From Nemertoderma westbladi (taxonomy: Eukaryota; Animalia; Xenacoelomorpha), in the NCBI GenBank assembly GCA_032718475.1, contig JAUCBJ010000780.1:1-56890 (forward strand): 56,890 nucleotides of DNA, given 5' to 3'. The notes under the pieces were generated by a model. That model worked only from the letters and a program-made list of their open reading frames with translations. It was not told where the DNA came from and did no database searches. The position numbers and the translations under genes were made by a program. This document shows, piece by piece, positions 1-14,570 of this stretch (positions within the stretch are counted from its first letter, which is position 1; each line of letters starts with the position of its first letter).

Positions 1-543
1 AACAAGTTAATAAACAACCTAAATCATTATTATTAGTATTTGTAGCTGAAAAAACAACAATCTTTATTCCCGAATATTTATCGGTAAGAAGACAATTTTG
101 TGGTACAAAAAAAACAATTTTAAATAATTCAACTTGATTCGATAATTAACAGCTAAGTGAAAAAATGATCTGCAGCGTATATTAAATAAAGTTTAGTTTA
201 TTGTTTTGATTAGAATACCCTGCACTGTAACCTGCTCCGTTCCCTTAAAGGGCACCTGATTGTGATAAAATTGAAAATAATTTAAAACTTTTTTTACCGA
301 TTCTGGGTAACACTCACAATATAATGGCAATTTCAAAACTGAAAACGACATAGCGAGATCTCTTTTAGTTCTCGAGTTATAGTTGTCTGTCCGCCTGTCA
401 GTCGGTATGTCTGAGAAAATTAAGGAAACACACTCATTGTACAATTTTCGCTCTAGGATTTTTCCTTTTTGTTTTGTGCTCACATTTCTAATGTCATTTT
501 TTAATGTTTCATGTATTCTAGAATGTCTGTCTTTTTGTCTGCC

Positions 544-823
544 TACTACTAGGATCGGCATGCTGCATTACAGCTGCATTGCAGCTCCATTTTTACGAAT
601 GCTGTGCCGGCTTGTCGACAAAATTGCACCGCCACAACTCCCTATCACCCATGACATTTGCTAGATCTTCAAGGCCAGTGTCCTTCAAGATGCGTCTCAA
701 GAAAGTCATGGGCTGTCCACCATGCTTATTCACTCCATGGGGCTGCCAAAGTACAAGATTATGCACTGGCTGGTCCTCACGGCGAAACCAATGTCCTGCA
801 AAGCGGAGGCGATTTTGTTCTAG
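544..823 (-). mobile_element. 5'-truncated LINE fragment (family 'B', short TAG-repeat tail)
   Basis: Close copy of 44050-44330. Flanked by TGTCTGCC direct repeats (536-543, 824-831) consistent with a TSD. Confidence 0.8.
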
Positions 824-1739
824 TGTCTGCCTGCATGTCTATTTGTCAGTTGGCCTGTCTTTCAGTCAAAACCGAAATACAAAAAAGTACCGGAGCCAAA
901 GTTAGTTGATTTTTTACATGAAATTAAATATATTTTCAGAACGCTTAGAGTGTGTAGAATTCAGAGCACAGGGATTCGAGAAAAACTCCTATAGTTGTAT
1001 CTCTATTTTCAAATTAATATCCCGCCCCAATGATAAATTCTCAATTTAGGGAAAGGAGCAGGTTACAGTGGCACGTTATTTTAACCAAAACAATTAACTA
1101 AACACAATAGAACAGGTTACAGTTTTATATTTGAGACCAATCAGCTGTTATTTGCGTTCCAAATCCGCTGGGGAGAGATGAAAATATTAATTGCGTACAG
1201 CCCCCCCCCCCCCCCCCCCCCGGACCCCCTATCTGTGGGATTCCACATTCTTGCAAACAATACACATCAGCTTCAGATCTGCATTCAAGTAATCGCACGC
1301 GAATCTGACGCCTTCTGATTGGACTGCGACACCGCAGGATATCTCTGACGTTCTGTGGCCGCGCCTAAAATATCCTATACCGATAAATTTTTAGTTGAAT
1401 CCTCTATCAACCCCTTCTCTAGAACAATTAGGTTCATATTACCACAAATCACTTCGGGGAGTTCTCCACATTGGCCCCTATGTTAGCTACCAAATCATCT
1501 ACGACCTCATTGGATGTAGACCTATGTACACAACTTTGTCGATCAAAAAAAAATTTCAATAATTCATCTTGTTTCGAAAAAGTATAAAAAGTGACGTTCT
1601 GTGATTTTTTGGTTACATATTAAATAAAGTTTAGTTTATTGTTTTGGTTAGAATACACGGACCCGACACTGTCCTGATTCGTTCCCGAAATGATTTTTTA
1701 AACGCAGTAAACACATAGTTACTCGATCATTAGGCTTAC

Positions 1740-2444
1740 CTTAGCGGCTGCCTCCTGTCTGAGACCGACGAGACTCCGCCCGTCCACGGCGAGCAGCAGG
1801 TCGCCTCGCTCGATCCTCCCGTCTGCGTCGGCGGCCCCGCCGGCCACCACCGACTTCACGTAGATCCCGGACCGGGGCTGCCCCGCCCCCTGGGCCGCCA
1901 CGATACTGAGACCCAGGGAGCCCGCCTTCTTGGCGACCCGGTAGACCACGAAGGCGGGGGACGCCTCTAGCGGGGACATGTGCACGTCCCACCGGCCACT
2001 CGCGTCCGGGATCCGACGGAGGGAACAGACCCCATTGGCGGAGACGTCGTCAAGGAAACCGAAGAGACTCCCCGGCAACCCGCGTAGACCCTCCAACAGA
2101 TATCCGTCGTCAGGGACCACGAACTCACTGGCCAACTCAACGTCGTCCAGCAGTACCACCGGTCGACCTTCCCCGATCACCGCCTCGTCCACCGACCGCT
2201 GGGCCCGTCGCACCGCCTCCGCTATGACGTCACGCGAGAGGGACGCCTCCTGCGGCGCCGCCCCGTATATCTCCAGTAAGGAACGCATCTGCCGCGAGTT
2301 GATCCGTTCGGATTCCGCGCACCGCGATAAGAAACTCCTCACGTCCGATTTGTCCGCCGCTAGTAACTCGGTTGTCTCAACTATCTTCGCTAGGTTTGTC
2401 CCGGCAGCGATATCGAGCCCTTGACGCTCAGCCCAAACCTCCAC
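1740..2444 (-). CDS. AFDN: Afadin coding exon 3 (end of DIL, PDZ domain); gene probably continues beyond the left edge
   Basis: Acceptor TTTCCAAG|GTG at 2444 gives an in-frame join RIRK/VEVWAERQGL. PDZ motif LGLSIVAAQGAGQ...GIYVKSVVAGGAADADGRIERGDLLLAVDGRSLVGLRQEAAA. Donor AAG|GTAAGC after 1740. Confidence 0.93.
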
Positions 2445-2811
2445 CTTGGAAAGAAATTAAATTTAGTGAATTATATTTATTCGAGAAATAAAAAAAAGTA
2501 ATAAAAAAAATAACAATTATTATTAATTGTAATTATTATAATAAAAAACACGAATTTTTCTGAAAAATCCAATTTAGCTGAACTGGATTAACATTTGAAA
2601 CGGCCTTGTAAATATGACCAATGAACCTGCTATCGCATTCGAGTTGTTGTCTACCATAAACTGTCATAATATGGTATTTTTACGAATTATCATTGAGACA
2701 GAATGAAAGAAGAATATTTTAAATAAATTATGTCGAAATATTTAAAAGTAAACCGAAAACCGAACGAATTGCACCAGGTTCTACACAGCTGCATCAAATG
2801 TATAATTGGTG

Positions 2812-5800
2812 GAATCTGACCACCCAAAACGTCCACCATATCACACAATCTCAGCAGTTGGGAGAATCTGACCCCCCAAAACGTCCACCATATCACACAA
2901 TATCAGCAGTTGGGAGAATCTGACCACCCAAAACGTCCACCATATCACACAATCTCAGCAGTTGGGAGAATCTGACCACCCAAAACGTCCACCACCATAT
3001 CACACAATATCAGCAGTTGGGAGAATCTGACCACCCAAAACGTCCACCATATCACACAATCTCAGCAGTTGGGAGAATCTGACCACCCAAAACGTCCACC
3101 ATATCACACAATCTCAGCAGTTGGGAGAATCTGACCCCCCAAAACGTCCACCCCATATCACACAATATCAGCAGTTGGGAGAATCTGACCACCCAAAACG
3201 TCCACCATATCACACAATCTCAGCAGTTGGGAGAATCTGACCACCCAAAACGTCCACCATATCACACAATCTCAGCAGTTGGGAGAATCTGACCACCCAA
3301 AACGTCCACCATATCACACAATCTCAGCAGTTGGGAGAATCTGACCACCCAAAACGTCCACCATATCACACAATCTCAGCAGTTGGGAGAATCTGACCAC
3401 CCAAAACGTCCACCATATCACACAATCTCAGCAGTTGGGAGAATCTGACCACCCAAAACGTCCACCATATCACACAATCTCAGCAGTTGGGAGAATCTGA
3501 CCACCCAAAACGTCCACCATATCACACAATCTCAGCAGTTGGGAGAATCTGACCACCCAAAACGTCCACCATATCACACAATCTCAGCAGTTGGGAGAAT
3601 CTGACCACCCAAAACGTCCACCATATCACACAATCTCAGCAGTTGGGAGAATCTGACCACCCAAAACGTCCACCACCATATCACACAATCTCAGCAGTTG
3701 GGAGAATCTGACCCCCCAAAACGTCCACCATATCACACAATCTCAGCAGTTGGGAGAATCTGACCACCCAAAACGTCCACCATATCACACAATCTCAGCA
3801 GTTGGGAGAATCTGACCACCCAAAACGTCCACCATATCACACAATCTCAGCAGTTGGGAGAATCTGACCACCCAAAACGTCCACCATATCACACAATCTC
3901 AGCAGTTGGGAGAATCTGACCACCCAAAACGTCCACCACCATATCACACAATCTCAGCAGTTGGGAGAATCTGACCCCCCAAAACGTCCACCATATCACA
4001 CAATCTCAGCTGTTGGGAGAATCTGACCCCCCAAAACGTCCACCATATCACACAATCTCAGCAGTTGGGAGAATCTGACCCCCCAAAACGTCCACCATAT
4101 CACACAATCTCAGCAGTTGGGAGAATCTGACCCCCCAAAACGTCCACCATATCACACAATCTCAGCAGTTGGGAGAATCTGACCCCCCAAAACGTCCACC
4201 ATATCACACAATATCAGCAGTTGGGAGAATCTGACCACCCAAAACGTCCACCATATCACACATTCTCAGCAGTTGGGAGAATCTGACCGCCCAAAACGTC
4301 CACCATATCACACAATCTCAGCAGTTGGGAGAATCTGACCACCCAAAACGCCCACGATATCACACAATCTCAGCAGTTGGGAGAATCTGACCACCCAAAA
4401 CGTCCACCATATCACACAATCTCAGCAGTTGGGAGAATCTGACCACCCAAAACGTCCACCATAACACACAATCTCAGCAGTTGGGAGAATCTGACCACCC
4501 AAAACGTCCACCATATCACAAAATCTCAGTAGTTGGGAGAATCTGACCACCCAAAACGTCCACCATATCACACAATCTCAGCAGTTGGGAGAATCTGACC
4601 CCCCAAAACGTCCACCATATCACACAATCTCAGCAGTTGGGAGAATCTGACCCCCCAAAACGTCCACCATATCACACAATCTCAGCAGTTGGGAGAATCT
4701 GACCACCCAAAACGTCCACCATAATATCACACAATCTCAGCAGTTGGGAGAATCTGACCCCCCAAAACGTCCACCATATCACACAATCTCAGCAGTTGGG
4801 AGAATCTGACCCCCCAAAACGTCCACCATTACCATATCACACAATCTCAGCAGTTGGGAGAATCTGACCCCCCAAAACGTCCACCATATCACACAATCTC
4901 AGCAGTTGGGAGAATCTGACCCCCCAAAACGTCCACCATATCACACAATCTCAGCAGTTGGGAGAATCTGACCACCCAAAACGTCCACCATATCACACAA
5001 TCTCAGCAGTTGGGAGAATCTGACCACCCAAAACGTCCACCATATCACACAATCTCAGCAGTTGGGAGAATCTGACCACCCAAAACGTCCACCATATCAC
5101 ACAATCTCAGCAGTTGGGAGAATCTGACCCCCCAAAACGTCCACCATATCACACAATCTCAGCAGTTGGGAGAATCTGACCACCCAAAACGTCCACCATA
5201 TCACACAATCTCAGCAGTTGGGAGAATCTGACCACCCAAAACGTCCACCATATCACACAATCTCAGCAGTTGGGAGAATCTGACCACCCAAAACGTCCAC
5301 CATATCACACAATCTCAGCAGTTGGGAGAATCTGACCCCCCAAAACGTCCACCATATCACACAATCTCAGTAGTTGGGAGAATCTGACCCCCCAAAACGT
5401 CCACCATATCACACAATCTCAGCAGTTGGGAGAATCTGACCACCCAAAACGTCCACCATAACACACAATCTCAGCAGTTGGGAGAATCTGACCACCCAAA
5501 ACGTCCACCATATCACACAATCTCAGTAGTTGGGAGAATCTGACCACCCAAAACGTCCACCATATCACACAATCTCAGCAGTTGGGAGAATCTGACCCCC
5601 CAAAACGTCCACCATATCACACAATCTCAGCAGTTGGGAGAATCTGACCCCCCAAAACGTCCACCATATCACACAATCTCAGCAGTTGGGAGAATCTGAC
5701 CACCCAAAACGTCCACCATAATATCACACAATCTCAGCAGTTGGGAGAATCTGACCCCCCAAAACGTCCACCATATCACACAATCTCAGCAGTTGGGAGA

Positions 5801-8800
5801 ATCTGACCCCCCAAAACGTCCACCATCCATATCACACAATCTCAGCAGTTGGGAGAATCTGACCCCCCAAAACGTCCACCATATCACACAATCTCAGCAG
5901 TTGGGAGAATCTGACCCCCCAAAACGTCCACCATATCACACAATCTCAGCAGTTGGGAGAATCTGACCACCCAAAACGTCCACCATATCACACAATCTCA
6001 GCAGTTGGGAGAATCTGACCACCCAAAACGTCCACCATATCACACAATCTCAGCAGTTGGGAGAATCTGACCACCCAAAACGTCCACCATATCACACAAT
6101 CTCAGCAGTTGGGAGAATCTGACCCCCCAAAACGTCCACCATATCACACAATCTCAGCAGTTGGGAGAATCTGACCACCCAAAACGTCCACCATATCACA
6201 CAATCTCAGCAGTTGGGAGAATCTGACCACCCAAAACGTCCACCATATCACACAATCTCAGCAGTTGGGAGAATCTGACCACCCAAAACGTCCACCATAT
6301 CACACAATCTCAGCAGTTGGGAGAATCTGACCACCCAAAACGTCCACCATATCACACAATCTCAGTAGTTGGGAGAATCTGACCACCCAAAACGTCCACC
6401 ATATCACACAATCTCAGCAGTTGGGAGAATCTGACCCCCCAAAACGTCCACCATATCACACAATCTCAGCAGTTGGGAGAATCTGACCCCCCAAAACGTC
6501 CACCATATCACACAATCTCAGCAGTTGGGAGAATCTGACCACCCAAAACGTCCACCATAATCACACAATCTCAGCAGTTGGGAGAATCTGACCCCCCAAA
6601 ACGTCCACCATATCACACAATCTCAGCAGTTGGGAGAATCTGACCCCCCAAAACGTCCACCATACCATATCACACAATCTCAGCAGTTGGGAGAATCTGA
6701 CCCCCCAAAACGTCCACCATATCACACAATCTCAGCAGTTGGGAGAATCTGACCCCCCAAAACGTCCACCATATCACACAATCTCAGCAGTTGGGAGAAT
6801 CTGACCACCCAAAACGTCCACCATATCACACAATCTCAGCAGTTGGGAGAATCTGACCACCCAAAACGTCCACCATATCACACAATCTCAGCAGTTGGGA
6901 GAATCTGACCACCCAAAACGTCCACCATATCACACAATCTCAGCAGTTGGGAGAATCTGACCCCCCAAAACGTCCACCATATCACACAATCTCAGCAGTT
7001 GGGAGAATCTGACCACCCAAAACGTCCACCATATCACACAATCTCAGCAGTTGGGAGAATCTGACCACCCAAAACGTCCACCATATCACACAATCTCAGC
7101 AGTTGGGAGAATCTGACCACCCAAAACGTCCACCATATCACACAATCTCAGCAGTTGGGAGAATCTGACCCCCCAAAACGTCCACCATATCACACAATCT
7201 CAGTAGTTGGGAGAATCTGACCCCCCAAAACGTCCACCATATCACACAATCTCAGCAGTTGGGAGAATCTGACCACCCAAAACGTCCACCATATCACACA
7301 ATCTCAGCAGTTGGGAGAATCTGACCACCCAAAACGTCCACCATATCACACAATCTCAGCAGTTGGGAGAATCTGACCACCCAAAACGTCCACCATATCA
7401 CACAATCTCAGCAGTTGGGAGAATCTGACCCCCCAAAACGTCCACCATATCACACAATCTCAGCAGTTGGGAGAATCTGACCCCCCAAAACGTCCACCAT
7501 ATCACACAATCTCAGCAGTTGGGAGAATCTGACCACCCAAAACGTCCACCATATCACACAATCTCAGCAGTTGGGAGAATCTGACCCCCCAAAACGTCCA
7601 CCATATCACACAATCTCAGCAGTTGGGAGAATCTGACCCCCCAAAACGTCCACCATATCACACAATCTCAGCAGTTGGGAGAATCTGACCCCCCAAAACG
7701 TCCACCATATCACACAATCTCAGCAGTTGGGAGAATCTGACCCCCCAAAACGTCCACCATATCACACAATCTCAGCAGTTGGGAGAATCTGACCACCCAA
7801 AACGTCCACCATATCACACAATCTCAGCAGTTGGGAGAATCTGACCACCCAAAACGTCCACCATATCACACAATCTCAGCAGTTGGGAGAATCTGACCAC
7901 CCAAAACGTCCACCATATCACACAATCTCAGCAGTTGGGAGAATCTGACCCCCCAAAACGTCCACCATATCACACAATCTCAGCAGTTGGGAGAATCTGA
8001 CCACCCAAAACGTCCACCATATCACACAATCTCAGCAGTTGGGAGAATCTGACCACCCAAAACGTCCACCATATCACACAATCTCAGCAGTTGGGAGAAT
8101 CTGACCACCCAAAACGTCCACCATATCACACAATCTCAGCAGTTGGGAGAATCTGACCCCCCAAAACGTCCACCATATCACACAATCTCAGCAGTTGGGA
8201 GAATCTGACCCCCCAAAACGTCCACCATATCACACAATCTCAGCAGTTGGGAGAATCTGACCCCCCAAAACGTCCACCATATCACACAATCTCAGCAGTT
8301 GGGAGAATCTGACCCCCCAAAACGTCCACCATATCACACAATCTCAGCAGTTGGGAGAATCTGACCACCCAAAACGTCCACCATATCACACAATCTCAGC
8401 AGTTGGGAGAATCTGACCACCCAAAACGTCCACCATATCACACAATCTCAGCAGTTGGGAGAATCTGACCCCCAAAACGTCCACCATATCACACAATCTC
8501 AGCAGTTGGGAGAATCTGACCCCCCAAAACGTCCACCATATCACACAATCTCAGCAGTTGGGAGAATCTGACCACCCAAAACGTCCACCATATCACACAA
8601 TCTCAGCAGTTGGGAGAATCTGACCCCCCAAAACGTCCACCATATCACACAATCTCAGCAGTTGGGAGAATCTGACCCCCCAAAACGTCCACCATATCAC
8701 ACAATCTCAGCAGTTGGGAGAATCTGATCCCCCAAAACGTCCACCATATCACACAATCTCAGCAGTTGGGAGAATCTGACCCCCCAAAACGTCCACCATA

Positions 8801-11800
8801 TCACACAATCTCAGCAGTTGGGAGAATCTGACCCCCAAAACGTCCACCATATCACACAATCTCAGCAGTTGGGAGAATCTGACCACCCAAAACGTCCACC
8901 ATATCACACAATCTCAGCAGTTGGGAGAATCTGACCACCCAAAACGTCCACCATATCACACAATCTCAGCAGTTGGGAGAATCTGACCCCCCAAAACGTC
9001 CACCATATCACACAATATCAGCAGTTGGGAGAATCTGACCCCCCAAAACGTCCACCATATCACACAATATCAGCAGTTGGGAGAATCTGACCACCCAAAA
9101 CGTCCACCATATCACACAATATCAGCAGTTGGGAGAATCTGACCACCCAAAACGTCCACCATATCACACAATATCAGCAGTTGGGAGAATCTGACCACCC
9201 AAAACGTCCACCATATCACACAATCTCAGCAGTTGGGAGAATCTGACCACCCAAAACGTCCACCACCATATCACACAATCTCAGCAGTTGGGAGAATCTG
9301 ACCCCCCAAAACGTCCACCATATCACACAATCTCAGCAGTTGGGAGAATCTGACCCCCCAAAACGTCCACCATATCACACAATATCAGCAGTTGGGAGAA
9401 TCTGACCACCCAAAACGTCCACCATATCACACAATATCAGCAGTTGGGAGAATCTGACCACCCAAAACGTCCACCATATCACACAATATCAGCAGTTGGG
9501 AGAATCTGACCACCCAAAACGTCCACCATATCACACAATCTCAGCAGTTGGGAGAATCTGACCCCCCAAAACGTCCACCATATCACACAATATCAGCAGT
9601 TGGGAGAATCTGACCCCCCAAAACGTCCACCATATCACACAATATCAGCAGTTGGGAGAATCTGACCACCCAAAACGTCCACCATATCACACAATATCAG
9701 CAGTTGGGAGAATCTGACCACCCAAAACGTCCACCATATCACACAATATCAGCAGTTGGGAGAATCTGACCACCCAAAACGTCCACCATATCACACAATC
9801 TCAGCAGTTGGGAGAATCTGACCACCCAAAACGTCCACCACCATATCACACAATCTCAGCAGTTGGGAGAATCTGACCCCCCAAAACGTCCACCATATCA
9901 CACAATCTCAGCAGTTGGGAGAATCTGACCCCCCAAAACGTCCACCATATCACACAATATCAGCAGTTGGGAGAATCTGACCACCCAAAACGTCCACCAT
10001 ATCACACAATATCAGCAGTTGGGAGAATCTGACCACCCAAAACGTCCACCATATCACACAATATCAGCAGTTGGGAGAATCTGACCACCCAAAACGTCCA
10101 CCATATCACACAATCTCAGCAGTTGGGAGAATCTGACCACCCAAAACGTCCACCACCATATCACACAATCTCAGCAGTTGGGAGAATCTGACCCCCCAAA
10201 ACGTCCACCATATCACACAATATCAGCAGTTGGGAGAATCTGACCACCCAAAACGTCCACCATATCACACAATCTCAGCAGTTGGGAGAATCTGACCCCC
10301 CAAAACGTCCACCATATCACACAATATCAGCAGTTGGGAGAATCTGACCACCCAAAACGTCCACCATATCACACAATATCAGCAGTTGGGAGAATCTGAC
10401 CACCCAAAACGTCCACCATATCACACAATATCAGCAGTTGGGAGAATCTGACCACCCAAAACGTCCACCATATCACACAATCTCAGCAGTTGGGAGAATC
10501 TGACCACCCAAAACGTCCACCACCATATCACACAATCTCAGCAGTTGGGAGAATCTGACCCCCCAAAACGTCCACCATATCACACAATCTCAGCAGTTGG
10601 GAGAATCTGACCACCCAAAACGTCCACCATATCACACAATCTCAGCAGTTGGGAGAATCTGACCACCCAAAACGTCCACCATATCACACAATCTCAGCAG
10701 TTGGGAGAATCTGACCACCCAAAACGTCCACCATATCACACAATCTCAGCAGTTGGGAGAATCTGACCACCCAAAACGTCCACCATATCACACAATCTCA
10801 GCAGTTGGGAGAATCTGACCCCCCAAAACGTCCACCATATCACACAATATCAGCAGTTGGGAGAATCTGACCACCCAAAACGTCCACCATATCACACAAT
10901 ATCAGCAGTTGGGAGAATCTGACCACCCAAAACGTCCACCATATCACACAATATCAGCAGTTGGGAGAATCTGACCACCCAAAACGTCCACCATATCACA
11001 CAATCTCAGCAGTTGGGAGAATCTGACCCCCCAAAACGTCCACCATATCACACAATATCAGCAGTTGGGAGAATCTGACCCCCCAAAACGTCCACCATAT
11101 CACACAATATCAGCAGTTGGGAGAATCTGACCACCCAAAACGTCCACCATATCACACAATCTCAGCAGTTGGGAGAATCTGACCACCCAAAACGTCCACC
11201 ATATCACACAATATCAGCAGTTGGGAGAATCTGACCACCCAAAACGTCCACCATATCACACAATCTCAGCAGTTGGGAGAATCTGACCACCCAAAACGTC
11301 CACCACCATATCACACAATCTCAGCAGTTGGGAGAATCTGACCCCCCAAAACGTCCACCATATCACACAATCTCAGCAGTTGGGAGAATCTGACCCCCCA
11401 AAACGTCCACCATATCACACAATCTCAGCAGTTGGGAGAATCTGACCACCCAAAACGTCCACCATATCACACAATCTCAGCAGTTGGGAGAATCTGACCA
11501 CCCAAAACGTCCACCATATCACACAATATCAGCAGTTGGGAGAATCTGACCACCCAAAACGTCCACCATATCACACAATCTCAGCAGTTGGGAGAATCTG
11601 ACCACCCAAAACGTCCACCACCATATCACACAATCTCAGCAGTTGGGAGAATCTGACCCCCCAAAACGTCCACCATATCACACAATCTCAGCAGTTGGGA
11701 GAATCTGACCACCCAAAACGTCCACCATATCACACAATCTCAGCAGTTGGGAGAATCTGACCCCCCAAAACGTCCACCATATCACACAATCTCAGCAGTT

Positions 11801-14427
11801 GGGAGAATCTGACCACCCAAAACGTCCACCATATCACACAATCTCAGCAGTTGGGAGAATCTGACCACCCAAAACGTCCACCATATCACACAATATCAGC
11901 AGTTGGGAGAATCTGACCACCCAAAACGTCCACCATATCACACAATCTCAGCAGTTGGGAGAATCTGACCACCCAAAACGTCCACCCCATATCACACAAT
12001 CTCAGCAGTTGGGAGAATCTGACCCCCCAAAACGTCCACCATATCACACAATCTCAGCAGTTGGGAGAATCTGACCACCCAAAACGTCCACCATATCACA
12101 CAATCTCAGCAGTTGGGAGAATCTGACCACCCAAAACGTCCACCATATCACACAATCTCAGCAGTTGGGAGAATCTGACCACCCAAAACGTCCACCATAT
12201 CACACAATCTCAGCAGTTGGGAGAATCTGACCACCCAAAACGTCCACCATATCACACAATCTCAGCAGTTGGGAGAATCTGACCACCCAAAACGTCCACC
12301 ATATCACACAATCTCAGCAGTTGGGAGAATCTGACCACCCAAAACGTCCACCATATCACACAATCTCAGCAGTTGGGAGAATCTGACCACCCAAAACGTC
12401 CACCATATCACACAATCTCAGCAGTTGGGAGAATCTGACCACCCAAAACGTCCACCATATCACACAATCTCAGCAGTTGGGAGAATCTGACCACCCAAAA
12501 CGTCCACCATATCACACAATCTCAGCAGTTGGGAGAATCTGACCACCCAAAACGTCCACCACCATATCACACAATCTCAGCAGTTGGGAGAATCTGACCC
12601 CCCAAAACGTCCACCATATCACACAATCTCAGCAGTTGGGAGAATCTGACCACCCAAAACGTCCACCATATCACACAATCTCAGCAGTTGGGAGAATCTG
12701 ACCACCCAAAACGTCCACCATATCACACAATCTCAGCAGTTGGGAGAATCTGACCACCCAAAACGTCCACCATATCACACAATCTCAGCAGTTGGGAGAA
12801 TCTGACCACCCAAAACGTCCACCACCATATCACACAATCTCAGCAGTTGGGAGAATCTGACCCCCCAAAACGTCCACCATATCACACAATCTCAGCTGTT
12901 GGGAGAATCTGACCCCCCAAAACGTCCACCATATCACACAATCTCAGCAGTTGGGAGAATCTGACCCCCCAAAACGTCCACCATATCACACAATCTCAGC
13001 AGTTGGGAGAATCTGACCCCCCAAAACGTCCACCATATCACACAATCTCAGCAGTTGGGAGAATCTGACCCCCCAAAACGTCCACCATATCACACAATCT
13101 CAGCAGTTGGGAGAATCTGACCCCCCAAAACGTCCACCATATCACACAATCTCAGCAGTTGGGAGAATCTGACCCCCCAAAACGTCCACCATATCACACA
13201 ATCTCAGCAGTTGGGAGAATCTGATCCCCCAAAACGTCCACCATATCACACAATCTCAGCAGTTGGGAGAATCTGACCCCCCAAAACGTCCACCATATCA
13301 CACAATATCAGCAGTTGGGAGAATCTGACCACCCAAAACGTCCACCATATCACACATTCTCAGCAGTTGGGAGAATCTGACCACCCAAAACGTACACCAT
13401 AACACACAATATCAGCAGTTGGGAGAATCTGACCACCCAAAACGCCCACGATATCACACAATCTCAGCAGTTCGGAGAATCTGACCACCCAAAACGTCCA
13501 CCATATCACACAATCTCAGCAGTTGGGAGAATCTGACCACCCAAAACGTCCACCATAACACACAATCTCAGCAGTTGGGAGAATCTGACCACCCAAAACG
13601 TCCACCATATCACAAAATCTCAGTAGTTGGGAGAATCTGACCACCCAAAACGTCCACCATATCACACAATCTCAGCAGTTGGGAGAATCTGACCCCCCAA
13701 AACGTCCACCATATCACACAATCTCAGCAGTTGGGAGAATCTGACCCCCCAAAACGTCCACCATATCACACAATCTCAGCAGTTGGGAGAATCTGACCAC
13801 CCAAAACGTCCACCATAATATCACACAATCTCAGCAGTTGGGAGAATCTGACCCCCCAAAACGTCCACCATATCACACAATCTCAGCAGTTGGGAGAATC
13901 TGACCCCCCAAAACGTCCACCATATCACACAATCTCAGCAGTTGGGAGAATCTGACCCCCCAAAACGTCCACCATATCACACAATCTCAGCAGTTGGGAG
14001 AATCTGACCACCCAAAACGTCCACCATATCACACAATCTCAGCAGTTGGGAGAATCTGACCACCCAAAACGTCCACCATATCACACAATCTCAGCAGTTG
14101 GGAGAATCTGACCCCCCAAAACGTCCACCATATCACACAATCTCAGCAGTTGGGAGAATCTGACCCCCCAAAACGTCCACCATATCACACAATCTCAGCA
14201 GTTGGGAGAATCTGACCACCCAAAACGTCCACCATATCACACAATCTCAGCAGTTGGGAGAATCTGACCACCCAAAACGTCCACCATATCACACAATCTC
14301 AGCAGTTGGGAGAATCTGACCACCCAAAACGTCCACCATATCACACAATCTCAGCAGTTGGGAGAATCTGACCACCCAAAACGTCCACCATATCACACAA
14401 TCTCAGCAGTTGGGAGAATCTGACCAC
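2812..14427. repeat. 52-bp tandem satellite, ~220 copies, filling afadin intron 2
   Basis: Unit GAGAATCTGACC(A/C)CCCAAAACGTCCACCATATCACACAAT(C/A)TCAGCAGTTGG; period 52 counted directly. Confidence 0.99.
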
Positions 14428-14570
14428 TACTAAAGTATGTGGAAAGGATAAATTCACTTGTGTTTCCTACAGTAAGTGAGAGAATGTTGAGTTAAAAAAA
14501 TATTTTAACTTTAAGACAGAGGAGAACATCAGGACATAATTTGATATTTAGTAAGAGTTTCAAGAAATAC

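Noticed and set aside
1260-1370. Possible fourth afadin exon after a TTTTAG acceptor
   Set aside because: The in-frame translation (ARPQNVRDIL...) does not resemble the expected end of the PDZ domain.
2812-14427. CRISPR-like array
   Set aside because: Contiguous near-identical monomers with no unique spacers, no cas genes, and a eukaryotic intron context.
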